Shown here piece after piece: positions 27,633-38,209 of a stretch of 64,000 nucleotides of DNA (the stretch's first letter is position 1; every line of letters starts with the position of its first letter). Source of the stretch: a virus; IMG/VR virus record IMGVR_UViG_3300024999_000075, positions 1 to 64,000 of that record, one strand, 5' to 3'. The notes beneath the pieces were generated by a model. That model saw nothing but the letters and a program-made list of their open reading frames with translations. It was not told the DNA's origin and made no database searches. The translations under genes and the position numbers were made by a program.

Positions 27633-30600
27633 ATGACGATAGAGATTGGTGCAAATACAACTCAGGCTCAACAGCAGATAGGTCAGCTGGAGAAGGCTAT
27701 GGCTTTGATGGAGAGGAGAGTTGTAACCCTCTCTCAAGCCAACGTGGAATTGGAGAAATACACCAAGACACTCGAAGCAACTCAATCCAAACAGAGGGCA
27801 GCTACACTCTCCGCAGCTGACGCTCAGGCTAAATATGCAGCTGAGGCAATGAAGGGAGCTACTGCTGCTGAAAAATTAATTGGGATTGAGACTGCTGGAT
27901 CAAGGCTTAACACACTTATTGCGAAGCAACTAGAAGAAAGGAATTCCTCACTAGCTGCACATAACGCATCTGTGTTGAAGGGTATTGATGCTGCTCAGAG
28001 GTTGATCGGGGTAGAGACCTCCGGAAGCCTGCTCAATAAACAGATCTACGAGCAGATGAAACTCCGACTTGGGACTCAGGAGGCGTATAATGCTTCTGCC
28101 CTCAAAGGGGCCGCAGCCGCAGAGAGGCTGATCGGGATTGAGACTTCAGGAAGCCTGCTCAATAAACAGATCTACGAGCAGATGAAACTCCGACTCGGGA
28201 CTCAGGAGGCGTATAATGCTTCTGCCCTCAAAGGGGCCGCAGCCGCAGAGAGGCTGATCGGGGTAGAGACTTCAGGAAGCCTGCTCAATAAACAGATCTA
28301 CGAGCAGATGAAACTCCGACTTGGGACTCAGGAGGCGTATAATGCTTCTGCCCTCAAAGGGGCCGCAGCCGCAGAGAGGCTGATCGGGATTGAGACTTCA
28401 GGGTTGAGGATGAATACGCTGATTGCTCAACAAATGAGAGATAGGTATGCTGAACAAGACAAGTTAGAGAAAGGTAAAACAAAACTATCTGCTACTACCT
28501 CAAAGTTGGATAATGTAACTAATAGATATTCAGCTACAAGTAAAAATCTCCACGGAGCACTCAGAGGCACAGCAGGAGCCTTAGACCTCCTGTTCCTATC
28601 TTACGGTGCAGTCATACCGTTGGCAACAGCATTTGCAGCAGTGTCAACCTCAATACAGATTCAAAAGCTTGGGTCTTCTTTTGAATACCTTACTCAGTAT
28701 GCTTACTCCATCTCTGACATGACTGTCAGTGTTCAGGACATGCGGAAAGAATTGCTAGCTATGAGAGAGCTTGCACAATCACCTGTTGAATTAGCAGAGG
28801 GACTGAAAGAATTAACCAAAGCTGGTATGGATGTGACTACTGCTCTCACAGAATTGCCAACAGTAGCAAAGTTTGCAGCAATAGCAGAACAAGATCTGGC
28901 AGCTTCCACAGAGCAACTCATAACCTTACATTCAGCATTTAAAGAAACCACCACTAACGCAACTGGAGGGATGATAACCCTGGCGGATACTGCCGATATA
29001 GTTGCTTCCGCTACTCAAGGGTCTGTAGCATCTTTCACTGACTTCCAAACTGCCTTAAAATACACTACAGCTCTAGCGAGTGTAGCAGACCTCTCATTGC
29101 AGGAGGTTTCAGCAGCTGCTATGTTGTTTGCTGACAAAGCTTTGAAGGGTTCCATAGGTACAACAGCTATGAGGACTGCCATCACCAAGATGCTAGCCCC
29201 GACTGATGCTGTTAAACAACTCATGAAAGATGCAGGCATAGAATTTAACAAGTTCATATCTGGTGATAAGATCATGAGCTTGGAGAAGATGTTTGAGGAG
29301 TTGAATAGAATCAGAGAAACAATGTCCAGAGAGGAGTGGGCGAAGTTCTCGTTTAAGGCATTTGGTTTGAGGGGTGAGTTGGCTGAGGCAGCATTCACTA
29401 ATCTCCCTAAGTTCCGAGAAAACCTAGATTTACTTTCAAAGTCTGCTGGGTTTACGGCCAAAGCTTTCTCTGATCTGTCAGAGACAACTAAGATGCAGCT
29501 GAAATTTTTAGGGGATGAGATCAAGAACGCTTTGATTAAAGCCTTCGATGGAGAGAAAGCCACAGAAATACTCAAGGGGCTTAGAGTAATTGTATCTTCT
29601 CCAGAATTTATTAATGGTGTTGATGGGTTGGCTGTAGCTTTCTATAAGTTGGCTCAGACTCTTGTAGTGGTAGCTGACGCTGCTACAGAGTCTATAGGTA
29701 CTATAGTAGATTATACCAAAGGTTTAGCCATAGCCTTTGCCTCAGAGGACAAGACTTTCACTCAGTGGCTGACATCTAAGAGAGAGGGGATGAAGACTTG
29801 GATAGCTGAGTCTGAGTCTGGGTTGTCACAATATAAAGACCAATTGAAGATAGTTTCTGATGAAATAGCTCAGATCTCTAAGATCAGAGACCTAGAGATG
29901 GGGGATGGGGGTTGGACTGAATCCGCTGAAAAACAATTTCAAGCGCTGTTGAAACAAAAACAAGGTATTGAAGGTAGTATAGAGGCGCTCAAGAACAAAT
30001 CACAAGTTACCGTAAACGATACCGCTAAAACAGGAGAACTGACTACTGCCACTGCCATTGCTACTAAGGCCACTAATGATCATGCTGCCTCTGTGGATAA
30101 GTTGAGCGAGAAAGAAGAGAAGAAAATTAAAGTAGCTGAAGCCAGCCACCAAAAGCTCATCAGTTTGACCGAAGAGATGAATACTTTCATTGACAACTCA
30201 GGAGTCAAGACAACTGCCAATCAGCTGGAGAGAATAGAGAAAGAGCACAATGCCAGAGAAGCATCCATAAAAGCAGCAGTAGGGTCAGAGACAGAGAAGG
30301 CTGAAGCCCGTTTAGCTAATGATAAATCCTATGAGATAAAGCGACAAGGTGTTATTGAAGAATCAGAAAAGACTATTCTCGCTAAGGAAGAGTCTTTCTT
30401 AGATCAGTTGGTTGAGTCGGGAAATTCAGCCTATGACAGAAAGCTAGCTAAATTAGAAAGTGCCTACGCTAAAGAGGAGGCGTGGATAGATAAGAATGTT
30501 GATGACTCTTTAAAGGCTGAGGAGTTGAAGTGGTTGAATTTTGAAGCATACGCAAAGAAAAAAATTGACCTCCAGACGGAGAGTAACGCCAAAGCCGTTT

Positions 30601-32882
30601 CCCTTGAGTCAGAGCTTCAAACTTATTTAGCTGTAGCTAACAATGATGTTCTCGCTAATAAACTCGCTGATCTGGATAAAGAATACAACAAACATAAGGC
30701 AGTAGTAGAAGCCATCATCGTTACTGAAGAGTTTTCTGCTGAGAGGAAGAAGCAGTTATCATCTGATGTTGCTGATTGGTACGCCAAAGAGCAGGAGCGA
30801 ATCCAGAGGGACGCCTGGAAAACAGAGAAAGAGCAACTCTTGGCTCAAGAGACTATGGCTGCTGGTTTTAAGGCTAGCCTGCTAGAGATGAAGAATGATG
30901 TTACTTCACTGGGTGATTTATCCTATAGCACTATGATAGGTGTAAGGGATACATTCAGATCTGAAGTCGGAGATTTTCTCATCTCACAGTTTGGTGGAAT
31001 TGAGGGAGCATGGGGATCTCTGTGGGATAACATGCTTGCTAAGTTTGGAGCAGTGCTGGCTGACATGGTAGCTCAGTGGGCGGCTAACGCTGTGTTCAAC
31101 ATGGTGTTCACCAGCAGTGGAGCAGCTGCCGGACAATCAAGTACAGGTGTTGCAGCTGGTACAGCTACTTCAGCTATTATAGATGCCTATGCTGAAAGTG
31201 ATGCCACTTGGTTTAGTGATGCTTGGGACGCTGTTGAAACTTGGTGGGGTAGTGCCGATGGTGGGTATATAGCTGCTAATCCTAGAGGTGGTAGAATAAA
31301 TGCTGGTACTGGGTTAAGCGATGATGTATTTCTGGGCTTCACAAATGGTGGGAAGACAGCTAATTACGGAATGGGTGGTGAATATATTATTAACAAAAAA
31401 GCCACTGCCAAGAATCTCCCTCTGCTGGAGGCTATCAACTCTGAGGGGTATGCCACTGGTGGATTATATGACTCAGGTGTAACCGGTACTATGATTGGCC
31501 CAAAACCAGGAGGAGGGGGAGCGAAAAGTAGAGTATTTGAGAAGTTCAACGAGCTTGCTATCGCTATGCAGGGTGCTGGAATGTCTGCTGAAGATGTCAA
31601 GGATAAATTTAAAGATATGGCAGAGGCAACTAAAGATGCTGATTCTGTTATAGAAAAGAATAACAATGGCCTGAGAGACAACAGTACAACAACGCAGGCT
31701 GCTACTACTGCCACGAGTGAGCTGTCTAAAGCGCAAGATGTTGCTACCACAGCCTCTGTTGCTCAAAAGGAATCATCAATTTCTCTTGGTAGTGTTTTGT
31801 CAGGTGTAGCAACTCATGCCACTATGACTGCTGTAAAAATGGGGTCTGTTGCTTTAGCTTCAACTGTGTTAGGTCCGGTATTAGGTTCTTTAGCAGTTAA
31901 GTTGGGGACAACTACAACAGCCTATGAAGAATTTCAAGCAGTTGTTGAGGGATTTTTTGATAATACTTTTGGCGTAGATGCCGGGGTTGTATCGTCAGCT
32001 ATAAGTACTGCCGCCGAAGATGCCTTCGGAGATATAGCCTCTATGTTTGGAGATGCGACAGCAGGATTTGGTGAAGCAGCTGAAGGTTTAAGTGATTCTG
32101 CGTCAGCATTAAGTAATGCTGCCGAAGGTGCTCTTAGTAGTGCCTTAGATTCTTCTTCAGCACTAAGTAACGCAGCTGCTGGGGCTTTTGGAGAGACTAG
32201 CTTTGGGGCGCAGATGACTCAAGCGTCAGCAGAATCTCTAATGAGTTCAGCGTCAGCGTTGTCTTCATCTGCTTCATCCTTAGGGGGGGCGGCTGCGAGT
32301 ATAGGTAGCTGGTCTCCTGGTATGAATCCCACCAATAACGCAGGTGGTGCTTTAGGCGATCCCGATATAGATAGTAGAGATAGAACTGATGACACTACTC
32401 CTGGAGGTCTTTTAGGCGGGGGCGGTGGGGGCGGGTCTAGTTCATCGTCTTCCGGAGGGGACAGTTTTAGTGCTCCTGACCCAGATAAAGGTAATGATCA
32501 ATGGGCAAGCGGCGGCTGGCTTGCTTATGCTACTGGTGGCTGGCTTGGTAAACACCCCAATGGAGGTTGGATTAACGGAGGATCTGGGAGAAGAGATGAT
32601 GTCTTCCTTGGTTATACCAATGGTGGCTCCACAGCTAACTTCGGTATGGGTGGAGAGTTTGTCGTCAACCAGAGATCCTCAGCCAAATATGCTAAAGAGT
32701 TGGAGGGTATAAATAATAACACCATGAACACAGTAAATCAGCAAAAACAACCACCAAATTTGACTATACCAGTGTATATTGGTAGTGAGTTGCTTACAAC
32801 GCTGATCGTTGGAGTTGTTGATGATCAGTTCTCTGTACGGCAGCGCAACCCACAGGTAAAAGGAAGGTTGTACGCAAAATGA
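27633..32882 (+). CDS. Tape measure protein
   Basis: 1749 aa, helical Ala-rich, TP901-like core (ELAEGLKELTKAG, KGSIGTTAMR). Confidence 0.92.
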   Translation: MTIEIGANTTQAQQQIGQLEKAMALMERRVVTLSQANVELEKYTKTLEATQSKQRAATLSAADAQAKYAAEAMKGATAAEKLIGIETAGSRLNTLIAKQLEERNSSLAAHNASVLKGIDAAQRLIGVETSGSLLNKQIYEQMKLRLGTQEAYNASALKGAAAAERLIGIETSGSLLNKQIYEQMKLRLGTQEAYNASALKGAAAAERLIGVETSGSLLNKQIYEQMKLRLGTQEAYNASALKGAAAAERLIGIETSGLRMNTLIAQQMRDRYAEQDKLEKGKTKLSATTSKLDNVTNRYSATSKNLHGALRGTAGALDLLFLSYGAVIPLATAFAAVSTSIQIQKLGSSFEYLTQYAYSISDMTVSVQDMRKELLAMRELAQSPVELAEGLKELTKAGMDVTTALTELPTVAKFAAIAEQDLAASTEQLITLHSAFKETTTNATGGMITLADTADIVASATQGSVASFTDFQTALKYTTALASVADLSLQEVSAAAMLFADKALKGSIGTTAMRTAITKMLAPTDAVKQLMKDAGIEFNKFISGDKIMSLEKMFEELNRIRETMSREEWAKFSFKAFGLRGELAEAAFTNLPKFRENLDLLSKSAGFTAKAFSDLSETTKMQLKFLGDEIKNALIKAFDGEKATEILKGLRVIVSSPEFINGVDGLAVAFYKLAQTLVVVADAATESIGTIVDYTKGLAIAFASEDKTFTQWLTSKREGMKTWIAESESGLSQYKDQLKIVSDEIAQISKIRDLEMGDGGWTESAEKQFQALLKQKQGIEGSIEALKNKSQVTVNDTAKTGELTTATAIATKATNDHAASVDKLSEKEEKKIKVAEASHQKLISLTEEMNTFIDNSGVKTTANQLERIEKEHNAREASIKAAVGSETEKAEARLANDKSYEIKRQGVIEESEKTILAKEESFLDQLVESGNSAYDRKLAKLESAYAKEEAWIDKNVDDSLKAEELKWLNFEAYAKKKIDLQTESNAKAVSLESELQTYLAVANNDVLANKLADLDKEYNKHKAVVEAIIVTEEFSAERKKQLSSDVADWYAKEQERIQRDAWKTEKEQLLAQETMAAGFKASLLEMKNDVTSLGDLSYSTMIGVRDTFRSEVGDFLISQFGGIEGAWGSLWDNMLAKFGAVLADMVAQWAANAVFNMVFTSSGAAAGQSSTGVAAGTATSAIIDAYAESDATWFSDAWDAVETWWGSADGGYIAANPRGGRINAGTGLSDDVFLGFTNGGKTANYGMGGEYIINKKATAKNLPLLEAINSEGYATGGLYDSGVTGTMIGPKPGGGGAKSRVFEKFNELAIAMQGAGMSAEDVKDKFKDMAEATKDADSVIEKNNNGLRDNSTTTQAATTATSELSKAQDVATTASVAQKESSISLGSVLSGVATHATMTAVKMGSVALASTVLGPVLGSLAVKLGTTTTAYEEFQAVVEGFFDNTFGVDAGVVSSAISTAAEDAFGDIASMFGDATAGFGEAAEGLSDSASALSNAAEGALSSALDSSSALSNAAAGAFGETSFGAQMTQASAESLMSSASALSSSASSLGGAAASIGSWSPGMNPTNNAGGALGDPDIDSRDRTDDTTPGGLLGGGGGGGSSSSSSGGDSFSAPDPDKGNDQWASGGWLAYATGGWLGKHPNGGWINGGSGRRDDVFLGYTNGGSTANFGMGGEFVVNQRSSAKYAKELEGINNNTMNTVNQQKQPPNLTIPVYIGSELLTTLIVGVVDDQFSVRQRNPQVKGRLYAK
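28002..28401 (+). repeat. 126-bp tandem repeat, about 3 near-identical copies, in TMP
   Basis: gaagcctgctcaataaacag at 28024, 28150, 28276. Confidence 0.95.
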
Positions 32883-33847
32883 TACTTGTAGAGTTCACAC
32901 CTAACGGAGGGACCCTTCAGAGGATTAGTAATGAAGACATCGCGCTGGAATACCAATGGTTTGGATACATCACCAGTATGAGTACGATGAAGTTGTCATT
33001 GCCTACTCGTCATGGAGGGTTTGCCCGCCCTGAGTTTGCTAGTATTGCTATATCTCCAGAACTCATGCAGGAATTAGGAGCATATTCAGAAACAGCTGAT
33101 GTGTGCTTAATAGAAACCGATACTGATGAGAATGGAGGGATTGTACTTTTTACTGGTACAGCTAGACTTGATACTTATAATAGGTATAGTTTTGTTTACA
33201 ATCTCAAGCAGTCTGAGATGCCAGAAACTATAGCAGCATCAACTGCTTATAATAACACATTGGTTAATGTTGTATCTTCATTATGCACTACTTTAGGTTT
33301 GACACTTGATTCAACAGCAGCCAGGTCCCTATCCCCAGCAGTACTACACACTACTACATCTAATCAGTTAGCAATTGATTTATTGTCCGATATGTGTTCT
33401 TTCTTCTCTCATGGAGTTAAGATAATAGGAACCACCTTATATCTTTATGATATGTTGGGAACACAGACAGCCACAAACCTTGATGAATTTGATGTTCAAC
33501 CTTGTGAATATCTCAAGGATACTCCTTACTCCTTGTTTAAAGCAACGGATACACAGACTCTAGTGGGGACCGTTGGAAATGGCGGGGAGTACAGCGTTAC
33601 TCCATATCATACAACAGGGACCAATATTCAAACAGCTCTCGCTGATATAAAATCCATCATGGAGAAGGATATAGCTAATATTCGCTTCAAGTCAAATCAA
33701 AATAAACCTAGTATCCTTGATCAAATTACTCTTCTTGATGAATCATTAGTTTTACCAGTTATCACTACAGGAATAATTACTTCAATAATATATGACTATG
33801 ATACCTTGTCTGTTGACGCTGAAGTATCAGGGAGTGTAACAGTATGA
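32879..33847 (+). CDS. Tail tip/baseplate protein
   Basis: 322 aa directly after TMP. Confidence 0.6.
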   Translation: MILVEFTPNGGTLQRISNEDIALEYQWFGYITSMSTMKLSLPTRHGGFARPEFASIAISPELMQELGAYSETADVCLIETDTDENGGIVLFTGTARLDTYNRYSFVYNLKQSEMPETIAASTAYNNTLVNVVSSLCTTLGLTLDSTAARSLSPAVLHTTTSNQLAIDLLSDMCSFFSHGVKIIGTTLYLYDMLGTQTATNLDEFDVQPCEYLKDTPYSLFKATDTQTLVGTVGNGGEYSVTPYHTTGTNIQTALADIKSIMEKDIANIRFKSNQNKPSILDQITLLDESLVLPVITTGIITSIIYDYDTLSVDAEVSGSVTV

Positions 33848-34614
33848 GACATATTTCCCAAAACAAAATCACCGTTATAGCTGCCGACTCAGTTGATGTA
33901 AATTTTCCAGCCTCTCGTATGCTTGATGAACACCCAAAGCGTAAGTATAAGGCAGCTACCGGAGTCAGCGCAGCCATTCTCACAGCTGAAGTCGTTGGCG
34001 GGTGTTCCGATATCATAGTTGCTGGGACAAACGCTGGTAACGCAACTATAAGTGTAGCTGACCCAAATGCAGTGGAGTGGGGGTATGGGTCGGAATGGGG
34101 GTATGGATCAGAATGGGCAAACATCGAAATAAATGTTACAGCGTCTGTTATACAGAGGAGTAAATCACAATCCCTCTGGTTACAGCTATCAAGTACTGTT
34201 TTAGTCCCCTGCATTATAAGAATGGAGATATTTGGGCCTGGAGGTGTAGCGGTGGAGGCTGGTGTAGTTAGTGCTAACATCGTTAATACTTATGGAGACA
34301 AAAATCCAAACTATGGTATGGGGGAAAGTCGCTTAGATTATTCAGTAAAAGCTGAAAATTCAAATGGTTCAATGTACTACAAAAAACGCGATATTGTCAG
34401 ATCCTATGATATATTGGTGCAAACAACGAGGGAAGAAGCAATTAATTTGGAAAATTCATTTGATAACTTAGGGGAAATACCCAGTGGCTGGAAACTTACA
34501 GATCTACAAGGTAATGATTTTGTGGTCTATGGTAAATTTGATGGCCCTCCACAGATATCACATAGTTACCCACAACATTCAGACGTAAACTTTAGAATAA
34601 TTGAGGTGCTTTAA
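33844..34614 (+). CDS. Tail tip protein
   Basis: 256 aa, NFPASRML, EWGYGS repeat. Confidence 0.6.
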   Translation: MRHISQNKITVIAADSVDVNFPASRMLDEHPKRKYKAATGVSAAILTAEVVGGCSDIIVAGTNAGNATISVADPNAVEWGYGSEWGYGSEWANIEINVTASVIQRSKSQSLWLQLSSTVLVPCIIRMEIFGPGGVAVEAGVVSANIVNTYGDKNPNYGMGESRLDYSVKAENSNGSMYYKKRDIVRSYDILVQTTREEAINLENSFDNLGEIPSGWKLTDLQGNDFVVYGKFDGPPQISHSYPQHSDVNFRIIEVL

Positions 34615-35534
34615 TGGCAGTGCGGAAAATATTTACTACTACAAAGAGGACCGGGGCGGGAACAGACAGTGGGGCGGCAGACTCTGTTTCTGCTATGACC
34701 GCTATCAGCAAGGACGTTGCGACCGATGGTGCTATGTGTCTGATCATGGAGGATGATGGAAGTGGGTTTTATGGATATCTTTACGATGCAGCTGGGACAG
34801 ACGCAACTAGCGCCCCTGACACTTATAGGCCAAATGATTACACGGTCGCTGGTAACTGGAAGCTGCAGCAGTCACCATTTGGTGAGTTTTTCCCGATAGT
34901 CACATCAACTGTGCCAATAAAAGGAGATATCCGGGGTGGAGATGTAACTGTGTCTGGACAGACACTAACTATTGCACCATGTTCATGCAAAGATTCTACT
35001 GGAGCAACTCGTCTTTATACTGGGACGAATAAAACCGTAGTGTTGGCAGGGACAGCAAATCAGATATTCCATGTTTTTATGGTGCGACTTGTGGCAGATG
35101 GATCGGTAGAATTTAGGGCTTATACCACCGAGGGGGCAGTCGAGAGTGATGCTGAGGTGGATGCCTGGCGTTGGAGAACATTTGCTATTAACAATGGCAG
35201 TGGGGTGACGTTTGCGCATGTAGTAAAAGGTATGCTTCTAACATTCACAGGAACCTGTCCAACAGTAACATCTACAATGAATACAGCTACATCTGTTGCG
35301 GCTTCAATGCCACCTACAAGGGTAGAATCAGCGTTTTTCTATTTTTCGTCTGCTTCAGCTACAGCGGTTGGTATTAGAAAATATGATGCGTCAGCAGTTC
35401 AATTTTCTAATTTATGTGGTGCATCTTACAATCCATCAATAGGTGAGGTATTGGTACCAGATTCGGGGTTGTTGGTGTTTTATGCTAATAACACAGCAAC
35501 TGTTTTGTGTTATGCTATAAGGCTCAGGGGGTAG
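34614..35534 (+). CDS. Tail fibre-like protein
   Basis: Thr/Ala/Gly-rich, followed by a chaperone-like gene. Confidence 0.6.
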   Translation: MAVRKIFTTTKRTGAGTDSGAADSVSAMTAISKDVATDGAMCLIMEDDGSGFYGYLYDAAGTDATSAPDTYRPNDYTVAGNWKLQQSPFGEFFPIVTSTVPIKGDIRGGDVTVSGQTLTIAPCSCKDSTGATRLYTGTNKTVVLAGTANQIFHVFMVRLVADGSVEFRAYTTEGAVESDAEVDAWRWRTFAINNGSGVTFAHVVKGMLLTFTGTCPTVTSTMNTATSVAASMPPTRVESAFFYFSSASATAVGIRKYDASAVQFSNLCGASYNPSIGEVLVPDSGLLVFYANNTATVLCYAIRLRG

Positions 35535-35536
35535 AC

Positions 35537-35986
35537 ATGGATAAATGGTTGTGTATTTTTGATGCCGCAACAAACAGAGGTAAGCGGTGCAATGCTTTGA
35601 ATGGGTTACAAGATGGCGAGTTTTCTTTTAATATCCATCCGTCTCAATGCAGTTGGTTTAATGTCTATCCTAATCGGTATATGTGGGATGGATCAAAAAT
35701 AGTCGAGTGGCCTGGGTGGGAAGCAGAGGAAGCTACGTCCAGAGTTACAGAGAGGAGGTTAACAATATCATGTGGCCCCCTGCAAATTCGTAAAGCCTTA
35801 CGAGCTGCTGGGCTACATCAACAGGTTGTTGATTATATTTCAGCTTCTGATGATGAAGTCAAGGAGGGGTGGGAGTACGCCAGTGAATTTAAGAGATTAG
35901 ATCCTTGGGTACTAGCAGTTCAAGTGGCTTTAGGGAAAACTGACGAAGAAGTTGATGCTATTTTTGAGCTTGCCCTAACGTTTTGA
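35537..35986 (+). CDS. Tail fibre assembly-like protein
   Basis: QIRKAL...WEYASEFKR...LGKTDEEVDAIF motif. Confidence 0.7.
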   Translation: MDKWLCIFDAATNRGKRCNALNGLQDGEFSFNIHPSQCSWFNVYPNRYMWDGSKIVEWPGWEAEEATSRVTERRLTISCGPLQIRKALRAAGLHQQVVDYISASDDEVKEGWEYASEFKRLDPWVLAVQVALGKTDEEVDAIFELALTF

Positions 35987-36135
35987 GGTAAGTACGAATA
36001 ATAATGTTGATATTGTTTCATAACTAAGCTACATTTTACTATTGTATGACTTACAGGGATTAGTTCATGTTTGACATAACTGTAGGCTGGAGTCCAGCCT
36101 CGGTAATTTAACAAAATTAAATGATGGAGATCTAA

Positions 36136-36687
36136 ATGAAACACTTACTGGTTATTTTATCTTTACTGCTGCTATCAAGTTGCGCTACCCACACCGCAAC
36201 TAACGAACTTATTGCTAAGGCAAACACAAATAGGTTGAAGGAGTTTGCGTCAGGTGTAGCAGCCTGTAACGATAACGCTGCCTGCCAAGTTGCAGTCTCT
36301 ATGGCCTTTGCTGGAAACATGGGGCAGCAGCCATACTTCCGAGAGGACTCCCCACTTGACTATGTGAAAGCATCTGGTTTCATTCTTGGGCCTGCGGTTG
36401 ATATTTTAAGATTGTATAAAACTACGACAAGTGGGGATGCTGCCGGTGTTGTCATTGCTGGTGACAATAACCAAATTGTGGGTATGAATAAGCTGACTGC
36501 CGACAACCAGAGTACTCTTACTGGAACATTTGACACTACTTCTAGTATTGAACACCTTGTATATACTCAAGACTCTACACAGTCTTCCTCAAACGGTAAT
36601 GGATTAGTAGAAAATGTTGAGAACCAACAGGATACATACTCAGGCGATTCAGCCTTAGCAGGAAATAAGGAGGTGCCAGTTGAATAA
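36136..36687 (+). CDS. Lipoprotein
   Basis: MKHLLVILSLLLLSSC lipobox. Confidence 0.8.
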   Translation: MKHLLVILSLLLLSSCATHTATNELIAKANTNRLKEFASGVAACNDNAACQVAVSMAFAGNMGQQPYFREDSPLDYVKASGFILGPAVDILRLYKTTTSGDAAGVVIAGDNNQIVGMNKLTADNQSTLTGTFDTTSSIEHLVYTQDSTQSSSNGNGLVENVENQQDTYSGDSALAGNKEVPVE

Positions 36688-36991
36688 TACAATCATAAGT
36701 TGGGTGATAAAGTTCCTAGCCAAAATGCTTAATGGGAAGAAGGCTTACATAGGTGCTGGTGGTGAGATGCTCACTGGTGTAAGTTCCATTATAGTTGGGA
36801 TCACTGGTATTATTGGTTATGCTTATCCTGACCTCAAACTGCCAGCTATTGAGATTGAGTATTCCTTGGCAGCTATAACAGCTGGAGCAGGTATGATAAC
36901 TGATGGATTCAAGGGTATAGGGTTACGCCATGGAATTGAAAAAATCACTGCTGAAAACAGGGCTGAAGATAACCTTCCGCCTGCCAATTAA
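36680..36991 (+). CDS. Holin-like membrane protein
   Basis: LNGKKAYI, two hydrophobic segments, GIGLRHGI. Confidence 0.65.
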   Translation: MNNTIISWVIKFLAKMLNGKKAYIGAGGEMLTGVSSIIVGITGIIGYAYPDLKLPAIEIEYSLAAITAGAGMITDGFKGIGLRHGIEKITAENRAEDNLPPAN

Positions 36992-37097
36992 CTGGGAAGA
37001 GGGGCTATGGGCTAGGATCAAGTCACTCTTTGAAGTCAAAACTTTTAAGAAGTAATGACAGTCCAGCCATGTTATACTCTAGGCTATCAATTAACTT

Positions 37098-37445
37098 ATG
37101 AGGCCAGAATACATGTTTGACAAAATACCTGGACTTGAAAATGTTGAAGCTGTCTTCGGACTTCTCGCTGCCAGTGGTGGAATAGCTAGGATCGTTACTG
37201 GAACAAGTAACGATCCTAGAGTTTCTTGGTGGGGAGAGTTAGGTAGGGTTGTCTTTGTTGCCATGCCCATTGGTGTGATAGCTGGCCACTGGGTTACTTC
37301 CATCTCAGAGTCTGAGATCCTTCCCTACGCCGCCAGCTTCACTGCTGGCGTTATTAGCCTGAATATCGTTCGTTTCCTGTTATCCGCCGAAGGCTTCAGC
37401 ATGATTAGAACCTTTATTGGGGGCGGTAAGAATGGAAAATCGTAA
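37098..37445 (+). CDS. Holin-like membrane protein
   Basis: Three hydrophobic segments, basic C-terminus. Confidence 0.6.
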   Translation: MRPEYMFDKIPGLENVEAVFGLLAASGGIARIVTGTSNDPRVSWWGELGRVVFVAMPIGVIAGHWVTSISESEILPYAASFTAGVISLNIVRFLLSAEGFSMIRTFIGGGKNGKS

Positions 37446-37662
37446 TCTAATCACTCAACTCTTTATAACCTGGTTATTTTACAACTGCGCTCTAATTGCT
37501 GTGCTGTGGCTTACTTGCTGGAGTTTTGGTCGGGAAGAGTACGAGACAGTGGTAGCTATGATGATTTTCTCGTTTGGGGTTAGTGTTATAGAATATGATT
37601 GGTGGGCGTTAAAGAATAACAGATATGAGAGACGAAAGACAAGGAGGCAGAGAGTTGGCTGA
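37432..37662 (+). CDS. Two-TM membrane protein
   Basis: Hydrophobic segments, Arg-rich tail. Confidence 0.6.
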   Translation: MENRNLITQLFITWLFYNCALIAVLWLTCWSFGREEYETVVAMMIFSFGVSVIEYDWWALKNNRYERRKTRRQRVG

Positions 37663-37930
37663 ATATTGTACGTTGTTTTGGGACAAACCATTAGGAGTAG
37701 ATATTAGTGATCTTTGTTATGATCATGACGCTGCTTATGGAACTGGTAAGTTTACGTTAAAATTAATTGGTGATTTAGACTTGGCCAGAGGGATCTGGAA
37801 CAGATCTAGTAGAGCTGATTCACTGTTAAAAAATATAGGTTTGAAATCAATAGCTGTTGGAGCATATGCAGTAACCTCCACAGTTGGAATATTTTTCTGG
37901 GTAAAGGGGATTAGCAATGGCAATAACTAA
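37625..37930 (+). CDS. Phospholipase A2-like small protein
   Basis: CYDHDAAY followed by GDLDL. Confidence 0.55.
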   Translation: MRDERQGGRELAEYCTLFWDKPLGVDISDLCYDHDAAYGTGKFTLKLIGDLDLARGIWNRSSRADSLLKNIGLKSIAVGAYAVTSTVGIFFWVKGISNGNN

Positions 37931-38207
37931 TGTGATTAATGGTGTTCAAGCCGCTGTAGATGTAGCTGCCGCTACTGCTTTTCCAGTTACTGGTCCTACT
38001 ACCATTACTGCTGATGGCTTCGCTATTGGGGAGTTCGCTCAAGTGTTTAGGCTTGGTCCTAATGCTGCCTACTCAGCCGCTACTAACAAAGACGGCTACA
38101 TCATCTTATCTGTCTTCCCTAACATGGCGCTGATTGACACACCAGGGTCTTATAAGATCATTAAGACAGCTACTGTTGCTGCTGCCTATGTAGGATATGA
38201 GGCTTAA
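37917..38207 (+). CDS. Small beta-rich structural protein
   Basis: 96 aa Ala/Thr/Val-rich. Confidence 0.6.
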   Translation: MAITNVINGVQAAVDVAAATAFPVTGPTTITADGFAIGEFAQVFRLGPNAAYSAATNKDGYIILSVFPNMALIDTPGSYKIIKTATVAAAYVGYEA

Positions 38208-38209
38208 GG

